From Methanocaldococcus sp. 16A (GTDB lineage: Archaea; AGJL01; Methanococci; Methanococcales; Methanocaldococcaceae): a stretch of DNA of 64,000 nucleotides. How positions within the stretch are numbered: position 1 is the stretch's first letter; every line of letters begins with the position of its first letter. The translations under genes were made by a program, and so were the position numbers. Shown piece after piece: positions 12,853 to 21,998 of the stretch. The stretch lies in the NCBI GenBank assembly GCA_049860595.1, contig CP187551.1; one strand, 5' to 3'. Below the pieces are notes generated by a model. That model did not search any database. It was given only the letters and a program-made list of their open reading frames with translations, and was not told the origin of the DNA.

Positions 12853-13803
12853 CTACCCCTCAATAATAATTAAAGGCACAAAACACTCCTCAAATGATAT
12901 ATTTCCATGAGAACCTTTTTTATATTTTTTTGTAAAATTCCACTTTATACCATGATCAGCTGTAATTACTATAAGATAAGACTGATTTGTTTGATTTAGA
13001 ATATCTATTAAGAGGTTTATATTTTCAAAGATTTCTTTTATTCTATTAATTATTCTTTTTTTACTAACTTCCCTTAATTTATGTGCATCATCATCTAATC
13101 CAATTTTGTAAATTTGAATATATTTTTTTGATAGTTTATTTTTAGATATTATATTATAAATGTCCTCATCATAATGAAAAATGTTCTTTTCACTTATATA
13201 TCTAAATAAAATATCGGTTAATGTATTTTTTCTATTCCAATATGTTTGTCCATATCCTTTATATCCAATCTTATAAAGTTCCTTTGCAATAGGTATGCCA
13301 TTTTTTCCATAAACTATATTTTTAAGCCCATTTTCAGTCGTAGTTTTTCCATTAACAAATATAGGTTCAGCACTATAATTTATGTCTGCATTTATATAAT
13401 CCCAGTAAGATAATCCATCAATAAGATACAATATAACTGTTTTTGGGGTTTTAGTATTAACATAATTAATGATATAATCTTTAACATCTTTTTGTGTTCT
13501 AACATACTTTTCAATTAAATTATATTTTTCATTAATAATTTTATTTAATTCTGGTGTAAAAGGATTATGGTCTATTTCATAAATAGGTAGCCTATAGTCA
13601 AATTTATCAGTTATAACAAATTTTTTTTGAGGAAGTTCTTTATTTGGATTATCAACCATTAACCAAAAATCATTATATGAGATATCTTCAAAATCAAAAA
13701 ATAGAAGAGAAAGTTTATGTTTTATTTTTAAGTAACATGGAGTTTTTATCTTTTTTATTTCTTCCTTACAATTATTTCTACATTCTCCATATTCAATAGA
13801 CAT
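12853..13803 (-). CDS. PglZ-like alkaline-phosphatase-superfamily protein
   Basis: YLIDGLSY, TTTE, LDDDAH, ITADHG, HGNISFEECFVP match the PglZ metal-binding motif series. Confidence 0.8.
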   Translation of the reverse strand: MSIEYGECRNNCKEEIKKIKTPCYLKIKHKLSLLFFDFEDISYNDFWLMVDNPNKELPQKKFVITDKFDYRLPIYEIDHNPFTPELNKIINEKYNLIEKYVRTQKDVKDYIINYVNTKTPKTVILYLIDGLSYWDYINADINYSAEPIFVNGKTTTENGLKNIVYGKNGIPIAKELYKIGYKGYGQTYWNRKNTLTDILFRYISEKNIFHYDEDIYNIISKNKLSKKYIQIYKIGLDDDAHKLREVSKKRIINRIKEIFENINLLIDILNQTNQSYLIVITADHGIKWNFTKKYKKGSHGNISFEECFVPLIIIEG

Positions 13804-16800
13804 TTTAATGTCCCCTCAATAGACATATTTAGATGTTTTGCAATATCTTTAATTGAAATTTCACCATATTTATTCAATAACTCAATTATTTTCATTTCTT
13901 CTTCTTTTAACTTACCAAATCTATTTTTTTCAATAATTTCTCTCTTTATCTCTTTTCTAACTTTATCTAACTCTCCCCATATTTCAAGTATATTAGATTT
14001 TACTTCTTCAATAACATTTACTATATTATCAATATTATCTTTATTTATAACATCAATATCTATGCTATTTAATTTATTTTCTATTTCATTTAGTGTTTTT
14101 AGATAGTTTTCATCATTGTCCAATTTTATTTCTACGTCTGTCTTTAATGATACTATGTAATCATATATTCTGTTTAAAACATCTTGAAGATACGTTCTTA
14201 CATTTCTTACGAGATTTTGATAAGCTATATCTCTATCTTCAATAGTAATTGGTTCTCTGTATGAATATGAAGGGATATCTAACAATTTTAATGTATTGGA
14301 CAAAAAGTTCATTTTTGTTTTGATTTCATCTTGAATCCTATTAAATTCATTTCTTAAATTACTCTCTTTTTTCTTTATGTCTTTTTCGATTAACTCTATA
14401 TCTTTTTCAACATCTTTATCCATGTATAAATAGTTTTCACCATCTCTTGCAAAGTTAGTTATTATTTCATTTATTAATTCGTTAAATCTTTCATACTCTT
14501 CATCAATGTCAATATACTCCTTATAAGCATCTATTTTTTCATATAATTCTTTTAATTTTCTAAGAATAACTAACCAAGATTTAAACTTGTTATATTTCTC
14601 ATTGATATTGACATATTCCTTTTTTAATTCATTCATTTTTTTATTAGCTATTTTTAAAACTTCAGCAAGATTTTCAAGATCTCTTGAAGATGTTATAGTT
14701 TCTCTTAATTCTAATAACTCTTTTGATAGTATATTACATTTCTTTTTTGTTATCTTTATTTGTTCCTCTAAATGTCTAACTATCCCCCCTAACGCATAAT
14801 GTGTCTTTGTAATATCCTCTTTTAAATCTTCTATTTTTCTTTTTAGTTCATTAGTTTTTTCTCCTGTTTTTAAAATTTCATTTAACAATTCTTCCTTATT
14901 TTTAGTTATCTCATTTTTAATTATTTCGTAATATCCTCTTAAAGTTCTCTCCCAACTTTCTAAAAGTTCTAAGTCTTTGTATAATAAATCAGAATTTTTC
15001 TGATTCAGAATCTCTTCTTTTTTAGATAGATTTATAGGAATCTTTGGAATATCCTTTCCATATTTTTTATAGAGATTTACAACATTCCTTGCAAGTTTTT
15101 CAACTTCATCAAATTTATTTAAAACATCAGTATTTGTTATCTCCTCAAGCTTAAATATAAATCCTTTATCGATTTCAATATATCTTCTACTTTCAAGGAT
15201 TTTTAAAATTTCTTTAACTTCATCTTCAGTATATCCTAAAGACATTCCATACTTAATTATTTCATCCATATGTATTGGTTGCGTCCATTTTTCAATAAAT
15301 TCTTTTAATATTTTTTCTTCAAGTGAATGTTTTTTTAATCTAACTATAATTTTATCTTTTTTACCCCACTCTTCTAAGTGTATTAAATCCTTCCATTTTC
15401 CACTTTTACACTCTTCATCGAACCCTGCAACACTTGGATTTTTACTACCAGTTAATTTGGAAACTAAGTCCTTTTTAGTAGTTTCGAATTTGTCACCTCT
15501 TCTCTTTGAGATCGGTAATGATTCTAATAATATTCTATATCTTTCTAAATCTCTTTGCCAGTTTGTAGAATGGATTAAAGTTCTATAATCTTTAAATTTA
15601 TATTCACAAATTCTATTAAATATTTCTTCAACCATCTTTTCTAATCGTGCCTTTAACTCATATTTTTCTGCTAATTCATCTGAGAACAAAAATCTTTTTA
15701 AATATCTTATAAGAAGTGACTTTAATGAATCTATTTCACCCTTATATTTTATGTAATCCCCTTCTTTTTCTTTAATTTTGTCAAGATAATCTAAGAGACA
15801 CAGCATAAACATTGGAGTAACTTCTTGTGGTTTAACATACTGTTGAAGTTTTTTTAACTCACCAGGCAAATTATTCTCTCCAACTCTCTTTAAAACATTA
15901 AATTTAAAGATTACATCTCCATTTTTATAGTCAATTATTAAATCATTATTTTCTATATTTTTATCTAATATAAATTTAAACTCAATATCTGGTGAAATAT
16001 CACCTACTAAATTTTTAATAAACTCCATACCTATTTCTCCAGGTTCTTTCTTTAAAGAATATACACTAACAGTTCTAAATGGATATTTCTTATTAAAAGT
16101 CCCAGTTAATAAATGATAATATCCATAGTTTATAGGATATTTTAAATCGAATCTCCACCCTATAATTTGAGATCCTTTTTTCTTTGGAAAGATTTCAGGT
16201 AATAAATGATTTATAAATGCATTAATCATTTCATCTTCCCAAGATTCATCAAATACATGTCTAAATTTTCTTATGTGTTGTTCTACATAACTACCAGAAC
16301 TTTCGTCTAATAATCCTCTTAATGTATATCCTTCAAGGGCATAAACAATTTCAGTTCCATAATAAGCATCTGAAAGTTCTTCAAACTCATTATATAAGCT
16401 ATACTTTTTTATTAAATCATCAGATACTCCTCTTGGAAATGCTCCCAACAATTTAGTAACTTTTCTTTTTTCTTCAGAATTAACTTTACTTAGAGACAAA
16501 CCTTCATTTAAAGCATCTAAATATTTTTGTTGTATATATGCAATTTTGCCATTTAAGATATCATCAACAAAATCAAATACAGAATAGGGTTCTAATTTTT
16601 CTTTATATTTTGTGCAAGCACATTTAAATGCTCCAATAACTGTCCTTGGACCTTTACCTAAATCATCTCTTGAAGAGATCTCACCAATACTTCTTAAACA
16701 GTCCTTTGTTATAATTTCATAAGGATAAAACCCTAAAAGTTCGCCATATTTGTTCCACAATTTTTCTGCAAAGTCTACATTATATATATTTACTAAATTT

Positions 16801-17594
16801 AAATAGAATCCATCTTTTCGTAATCTATCAATTAAATCTCCAGCTCTTATGCTTAAATCCTCTTCTTGATAATCTGGAATTATAAACAATATCCCCAATC
16901 CTATATTACTAATACTAAGTTCAAAAATAAAATTTCTTAAATCGTTAATAATTTCCATATTGTTTATTCCTTGCACTTCATCTACAAAAATTGCTAATCC
17001 GTCATAATGTTCTTTTATAAGATCATATATTTCCTTTAAAAAATTCATTAGGTCTTTTGGGGTTATTGATATAATTAATTTACCTTTTTCTATGAAACTA
17101 TTAATTATTCTTCTAGCTTCATCTTTTGTTAAGTGTTCTTTTTTTGCTAACTCATCAATCTCTTTTTCTATACTTAATGTTTTATATTTTCTATAAATTT
17201 CTTCAATTTTTTCAACATATTCGGGATATTTATATTTATAAACATACTTTGTCCAACCATAAACTGCATCCATGATTGTATCAAGTTTTCTATCGAACTT
17301 AAATGGGGGAATAGATAATATATTATTATTTTTGCAATATTCCCATAAACTCAGTGCCTTACTTGTCTTTCCATATCCATAAGGAGCAGATATATATCCT
17401 TTAACAGTTTTTCCTTTTTTAATTTCTTTTACAAATCTACGATCAAAGTCTTCATCATCAACTTTTATATATGTTTTTAAATGTTTTTCATAATTATCTG
17501 CAACTAAATCAGGATTGTTTATTAAATTTTCAACTGACTGAGTATCCACTACAGGACTCTTATTTATTATATATTCTAATGCACTAATATCCAT
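13755..17594 (-). CDS. Large AAA+/STAND-type ATPase with coiled coil and terminal HTH (BrxC-like)
   Basis: Walker A APYGYGKT, Walker B IFVDEVQ, LIDRL, GPRTVI; long heptad-rich C-terminal third; HTH-like tail; GGGAGGGT RBS before ATG 17594. Confidence 0.7.
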   Translation of the reverse strand: MDISALEYIINKSPVVDTQSVENLINNPDLVADNYEKHLKTYIKVDDEDFDRRFVKEIKKGKTVKGYISAPYGYGKTSKALSLWEYCKNNNILSIPPFKFDRKLDTIMDAVYGWTKYVYKYKYPEYVEKIEEIYRKYKTLSIEKEIDELAKKEHLTKDEARRIINSFIEKGKLIISITPKDLMNFLKEIYDLIKEHYDGLAIFVDEVQGINNMEIINDLRNFIFELSISNIGLGILFIIPDYQEEDLSIRAGDLIDRLRKDGFYLNLVNIYNVDFAEKLWNKYGELLGFYPYEIITKDCLRSIGEISSRDDLGKGPRTVIGAFKCACTKYKEKLEPYSVFDFVDDILNGKIAYIQQKYLDALNEGLSLSKVNSEEKRKVTKLLGAFPRGVSDDLIKKYSLYNEFEELSDAYYGTEIVYALEGYTLRGLLDESSGSYVEQHIRKFRHVFDESWEDEMINAFINHLLPEIFPKKKGSQIIGWRFDLKYPINYGYYHLLTGTFNKKYPFRTVSVYSLKKEPGEIGMEFIKNLVGDISPDIEFKFILDKNIENNDLIIDYKNGDVIFKFNVLKRVGENNLPGELKKLQQYVKPQEVTPMFMLCLLDYLDKIKEKEGDYIKYKGEIDSLKSLLIRYLKRFLFSDELAEKYELKARLEKMVEEIFNRICEYKFKDYRTLIHSTNWQRDLERYRILLESLPISKRRGDKFETTKKDLVSKLTGSKNPSVAGFDEECKSGKWKDLIHLEEWGKKDKIIVRLKKHSLEEKILKEFIEKWTQPIHMDEIIKYGMSLGYTEDEVKEILKILESRRYIEIDKGFIFKLEEITNTDVLNKFDEVEKLARNVVNLYKKYGKDIPKIPINLSKKEEILNQKNSDLLYKDLELLESWERTLRGYYEIIKNEITKNKEELLNEILKTGEKTNELKRKIEDLKEDITKTHYALGGIVRHLEEQIKITKKKCNILSKELLELRETITSSRDLENLAEVLKIANKKMNELKKEYVNINEKYNKFKSWLVILRKLKELYEKIDAYKEYIDIDEEYERFNELINEIITNFARDGENYLYMDKDVEKDIELIEKDIKKKESNLRNEFNRIQDEIKTKMNFLSNTLKLLDIPSYSYREPITIEDRDIAYQNLVRNVRTYLQDVLNRIYDYIVSLKTDVEIKLDNDENYLKTLNEIENKLNSIDIDVINKDNIDNIVNVIEEVKSNILEIWGELDKVRKEIKREIIEKNRFGKLKEEEMKIIELLNKYGEISIKDIAKHLNMSIEGTLKCLLNMENVEIIVRKK

Positions 17595-18081
17595 ATACCC
17601 TCCCCCTAAAAATTTTCCATAAATCAATATTTGAATTTTGAATACTAACATTTATATTTTTTCCAATAATTGGAGATAAATTATTCAACACTTGTTTCAC
17701 ATCATATAAATCCAATTTTAGCTCCACTCCATAATCTAAAATTTTCTCTTTTGAGATATATATTACTTTTTTTGCTTTTAGAGAGACCATTCTTCTTACT
17801 TCTCTCCAATCATACAATGTTCCATTATCAATAATTACATTTATATTTCTTGCATTATAATTTTTAAATATTTCTTCATTTTCAAAATATACAAAGTTAT
17901 TATTTTTTGCAAATACCCATCCTAAAAATGTCTTTCCTACGCCTTTTTTTCCATAAAGATTAACAACATCATCATAAATAAGAAATTCTTTCAATTTTTT
18001 ATAAGCTTTTTTTTGGTTATGAGTTAGCCAATCATAAGAATAATTAGTTTTGATATAATTTATTAATGAAATATAATCCAT
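17584..18081 (-). CDS. Small P-loop NTPase-fold protein (BrxB position)
   Basis: LYGKKGVGKT Walker A, VIIDN degenerate Walker B; 165 aa; overlaps the large ATPase start. Confidence 0.6.
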   Translation of the reverse strand: MDYISLINYIKTNYSYDWLTHNQKKAYKKLKEFLIYDDVVNLYGKKGVGKTFLGWVFAKNNNFVYFENEEIFKNYNARNINVIIDNGTLYDWREVRRMVSLKAKKVIYISKEKILDYGVELKLDLYDVKQVLNNLSPIIGKNINVSIQNSNIDLWKIFRGRVYGY

Positions 18082-18089
18082 AATCTCCC

Positions 18090-18830
18090 CTATAATATAT
18101 CCTCAAAAGTCCATGTTCTTTTTAATCGTACATACTTTCCAAACATTTTTATTGAAATCTCAACAAAATCATAGATGAAATCAAGATCTTTCAAGAGATT
18201 ATCTAATGCTTTATCTTCAATCAAGCAAAACTTACAGAGTTCTTCAATTTTATTCTCATCTAAAAGCATTAATGAACCGTATTCCTCTCCCCACTGTTTT
18301 TTATATAAGTAATCAATACCCCATAATAATAGATGTAGTTGGCAGTAATCTCTAAGGTTAAACACATTATTTTCATCAATTGGAGATGGATAAAGTGACT
18401 TAATAAAGTTAATTGCTCCACGAACACTATTACTACTAAATGATATACTACCAAATCCTTCATCAAATGCTCTTTCTTTAACTTTTTGTTCAATATCGTT
18501 ATGATTTATTTTTTTACCCATATATTCTTCCCATAATATGTTAATTACACATCTATATGACCATCCTATTGGAGAGGTGGAAGTATAAAGTTTATAGTGA
18601 AGATAATTATTAAACATCTCATCATCCATTTTTAAAATATTTTCAATTTCATTATTATCTTTAACATTTATTAACTTGTTCATAATTGTATAGTTATCAT
18701 CTATTATGCTTGATTTAATTTCCGGAAATATTTTCTTTAATTCAGATTTTTTTAAATTATTCCCATATTCAAGAAATTTTCTTATAATTTCTGGCTTAGC
18801 GTTATGTTGAATATGGAAACTACCTTTCAT
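18090..18830 (-). CDS. Hypothetical protein, possibly BrxA/DUF4007-like DNA-binding component
   Basis: 246-aa ORF with ATGA overlap to the upstream gene; function inferred from size and position only. Confidence 0.4.
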   Translation of the reverse strand: MKGSFHIQHNAKPEIIRKFLEYGNNLKKSELKKIFPEIKSSIIDDNYTIMNKLINVKDNNEIENILKMDDEMFNNYLHYKLYTSTSPIGWSYRCVINILWEEYMGKKINHNDIEQKVKERAFDEGFGSISFSSNSVRGAINFIKSLYPSPIDENNVFNLRDYCQLHLLLWGIDYLYKKQWGEEYGSLMLLDENKIEELCKFCLIEDKALDNLLKDLDFIYDFVEISIKMFGKYVRLKRTWTFEDIL

Positions 18831-19753
18831 TCTTTCACCATTTCATATAGGACAATTATATTATGTAATGATCTATATATTTTAAATTTTCTTAAATTAT
18901 TTAAATTTTTACAAAAGTAACACTCATGACCATTTCTAAGATTTTCAATTAAATAATCATATCCAATATAATTTTTTTGTGAAGTTCTTGGAGATTTGCC
19001 AGTTATATTAATAGTTCGTGAATTGGGAAAATATATATCTCCGAATCCACTTGCCTTATCCCAACTACTACTATCAAAACTATCTACATAATCTTTAATT
19101 TTATTTACAGAACTACCTCCACCAATCCCAAAAGCATGTAATTCAAATCCATAATCTTTTGCTAACATAGATAGATACTTTAAATTTTCCAAACTTTCTT
19201 TAGTTAATCTGTTAATTTGATTATTTTTTCCACAAGTACCAAAACTTCCAAAACCTAATCGTCTAACATTTAAATCTGCATAATTTTTAACACAATAATA
19301 TATCATCTCTTTATTAATTCCCTGAACTACAGGAACAAATTTTTTTTCTAATTTTCCGTTAAACTCTTCAGCAAAACTCTTTGCAAAATAAACTGTCTCA
19401 TAAACTTTTCCCCATGCAGTCTCTACATTATCAGATGAAACTGGTGGAGAATCTGGTAGAACATACCAATCTCCCCATTTATTATTTTCATAAAATTTTC
19501 TCAAAAATGAAAATAGTTGATGTATTTCAAACTTCCCTTGTTGAACATAGTATCCTCCACTATCAAACATAACAGTTGTTTTATATTTTTTCTTTAAATT
19601 TTTAATTTCCTGTATAGTTCCTTCTGATGAAACTATCGGAGTAAAGATTACATTTTCAAATGCCCATTTTTTTGGCTCATGTTTCTTTAAAAGTTCAACC
19701 ATTCTCCTAATCTGACCTGGGGAAATCGTCAATGATGCATAAAATTCCACCAT
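18827..19753 (-). CDS. Stand-alone tRNA-guanine transglycosylase-fold protein (DpdA-like)
   Basis: FDSGGY, VLPD, PVVQG, LGFGS, HAFG, VDSFDSSSW, Zn-site HECYFC...LHN; 308 aa, no PUA domain. Confidence 0.82.
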   Translation of the reverse strand: MVEFYASLTISPGQIRRMVELLKKHEPKKWAFENVIFTPIVSSEGTIQEIKNLKKKYKTTVMFDSGGYYVQQGKFEIHQLFSFLRKFYENNKWGDWYVLPDSPPVSSDNVETAWGKVYETVYFAKSFAEEFNGKLEKKFVPVVQGINKEMIYYCVKNYADLNVRRLGFGSFGTCGKNNQINRLTKESLENLKYLSMLAKDYGFELHAFGIGGGSSVNKIKDYVDSFDSSSWDKASGFGDIYFPNSRTINITGKSPRTSQKNYIGYDYLIENLRNGHECYFCKNLNNLRKFKIYRSLHNIIVLYEMVKE

Positions 19754-19755
19754 TT

Positions 19756-20337
19756 TTACCCCTCTAAATATTTAGCCATTAATACTAAATCCTTATTACC
19801 TCTTGTATGGTTTTTTAAAATACCTTCAATTATAAAACCATTTTTTATAAAAAATCTAAGCCCTCCTTCATTATCTTTAGGAACCTCGGCATATATCTTT
19901 TTCTTTTTTAATTTTTTAGCTTTTTTTTCCAAAAAGTCAATAAAATATATACCAAGAGATTTATTTTTAAATTTTTTATCTATTGCAATATAATTAATTT
20001 TTAGATAATTTGGTTTTTCTCCATAAACTACAACACCAATCAAATCATTTTTATGGAAAATTCCTGCTACATTTATAGTTTTAGAGGTCGTAATCCATTG
20101 CTTTATTGATGATTTATAAACAAAGCCCCAAATATCTGCATAATTTAACAATATCTCTTGAACCCTGTCAACATAATTAACATCATCAATATCTTTAACT
20201 ATAATTTTATTTTTAATTTTTTCTATTTGTTTCGATGACTTTTTGTTTTTATTTTTGTTATTACTTTCAATTAATTCAAATTTTTTATATAAATCATAAA
20301 TTTCAAAGATTATTTTTTGTTGCGTATTCAAGCCCAT
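19756..20337 (-). CDS. GNAT-family N-acetyltransferase
   Basis: IAIDKKFKNKSLG (motif A), NEGGLRFFIKNGF (motif B). Confidence 0.85.
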   Translation of the reverse strand: MGLNTQQKIIFEIYDLYKKFELIESNNKNKNKKSSKQIEKIKNKIIVKDIDDVNYVDRVQEILLNYADIWGFVYKSSIKQWITTSKTINVAGIFHKNDLIGVVVYGEKPNYLKINYIAIDKKFKNKSLGIYFIDFLEKKAKKLKKKKIYAEVPKDNEGGLRFFIKNGFIIEGILKNHTRGNKDLVLMAKYLEG

Positions 20338-20983
20338 ATTTTCTCGCCCCTATTGCATTTATAAATTGTGGATTTTTAGGAATATAAACATCTTTTTCAG
20401 TAATTTCCTTAAAATATTTCACGAATGCCTCATTTTCTGCAACTCCTCCAATCAAGGCAATAGTATCGCATTCAAATGGGTTCATGTTAGCTATTTTCTT
20501 TGCTATAGTGTAATTTACAGATGATATAATATCTCTGATAGTATAGCCATTCACAAGGTAGTTAATTATTTCAGAAATTGAAAAAACAGCACAAGTGTTA
20601 TTTAATTTTAATGGATTTTTTGAGTAATATTTTCCAAAGTTCTCTATAGGAACATCTAAATACATGGCTATAGTTTGCAAAAATAGTCCAGTACCAGCTC
20701 CACATTTATCATTCATTACAAACTCTAATGTTTTTGTATTTATTATCTTTGTATCCTGTCCTCCAACATCAATTATAACATCAACTTCTTTATCAACACC
20801 GTATATAGCAGCAGTAATTTCAGTTATATGATTTCTAAATCTCTTTCTGAAATATCCTGTTGCGAAGACATCTCTATCATTATATTTCTCCAATATCTCG
20901 TTCAATTTAATTATGGAATATTTTTTGAAACCTTGCTCATCTGCAATTTTTATATTTGTTGAACCAACATCAATGCCTATCAT
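20303..20983 (-). CDS. HgdC/BadFG/BcrAD-type ASKHA ATPase activator
   Basis: GIDVGST, ATGY, IDVGGQDTK, MNDKCGAGTG, TCAVFS, GGVAEN, AIGA. Confidence 0.92.
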   Translation of the reverse strand: MIGIDVGSTNIKIADEQGFKKYSIIKLNEILEKYNDRDVFATGYFRKRFRNHITEITAAIYGVDKEVDVIIDVGGQDTKIINTKTLEFVMNDKCGAGTGLFLQTIAMYLDVPIENFGKYYSKNPLKLNNTCAVFSISEIINYLVNGYTIRDIISSVNYTIAKKIANMNPFECDTIALIGGVAENEAFVKYFKEITEKDVYIPKNPQFINAIGARKYGLEYATKNNL

Positions 20984-20985
20984 AA

Positions 20986-21918
20986 CTACCCCAACAACTC
21001 TATAAATGCTTCAATTCTCAGCTTTGTTTGTTCTGGTGTTTTTTGGGGGATGTCCCCCTCTATTGTTAGTATGGGATAATCAATAAATTCCCTAAGAATC
21101 TCATCTTCTAATTTATGATGACAATTCATTTGGGTATAATGAATTACTCCATCAACTTTTCTCTTTTTTAATTCTTTTTTTAGAATTTTTATTCTTTTAG
21201 TTATGTGATTTGCAAAACTGTATGTTGAATAACTATTTACTATACTCTTTATTGAATCTCCTCCCATTCTTACAAATTCATAAGCAAGTTCATTATAAAC
21301 ACAATGTACATTTATTTCATTTAAGTATTCATAAAAATCGCTAAAAATTGGTGGAATTCCTATTATAGCAATCCTATGTCTATATTCAATGTTTTCATCT
21401 TTGTTTAATATGTTATAGATTTCTTTTTTGTATGCATTTAAATCTCCTTTTAAATCACTTGCAGAAATTGTAATATAAAAGGCATCTTTTCCATTTATTT
21501 TGTCTTTATAGCATAATTCATCTACTTTTTTTGCAAGTTTTTTTATTTGATAAACTTCTCTTAAAGTAGTTTTATCAATATTTCCACCCAAAAAATTAAT
21601 AAGTTTTTTTATTTCATTTTCAAAATGTTTTTTATCTCCAAATTGATAAAAGAAATAATGTGTTGGAATTTTTTTCTTTAGTTCTATCTTTTCAGCATCA
21701 ACAAGAGAATTTTGACAATCACCTCCCGCAACAACAATTAATGTATCAATTTTAATTTCATCTTTTAAAATCAATTCTCTCCAAGTTGCAGTCCATGCAC
21801 ATAGTTTATTTTTAGGATAAATTTTCGATTGTGGAACTAAATTATTTAGATCTATAGGAGTATGACCTGCAGAATAAATAATTTCTGGTGGTACTATAGC
21901 AGTAATTCCAACTTTCAT
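20986..21918 (-). CDS. 2-hydroxyacyl-CoA dehydratase/benzoyl-CoA reductase-family Fe-S subunit
   Basis: PEIIYSAG, three spaced Cys (LCAW, GDCQ, NCHH), VDGVIHY, PILTIEGD, LRIEAFIE. Confidence 0.88.
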   Translation of the reverse strand: MKVGITAIVPPEIIYSAGHTPIDLNNLVPQSKIYPKNKLCAWTATWRELILKDEIKIDTLIVVAGGDCQNSLVDAEKIELKKKIPTHYFFYQFGDKKHFENEIKKLINFLGGNIDKTTLREVYQIKKLAKKVDELCYKDKINGKDAFYITISASDLKGDLNAYKKEIYNILNKDENIEYRHRIAIIGIPPIFSDFYEYLNEINVHCVYNELAYEFVRMGGDSIKSIVNSYSTYSFANHITKRIKILKKELKKRKVDGVIHYTQMNCHHKLEDEILREFIDYPILTIEGDIPQKTPEQTKLRIEAFIELLG

Positions 21919-21998
21919 AAATGCACACCTACTAAAAAATATAATATAAGATAATAATGATAAAAAAATTGACTAATTAAAATAAAAATTTTTTTAAG

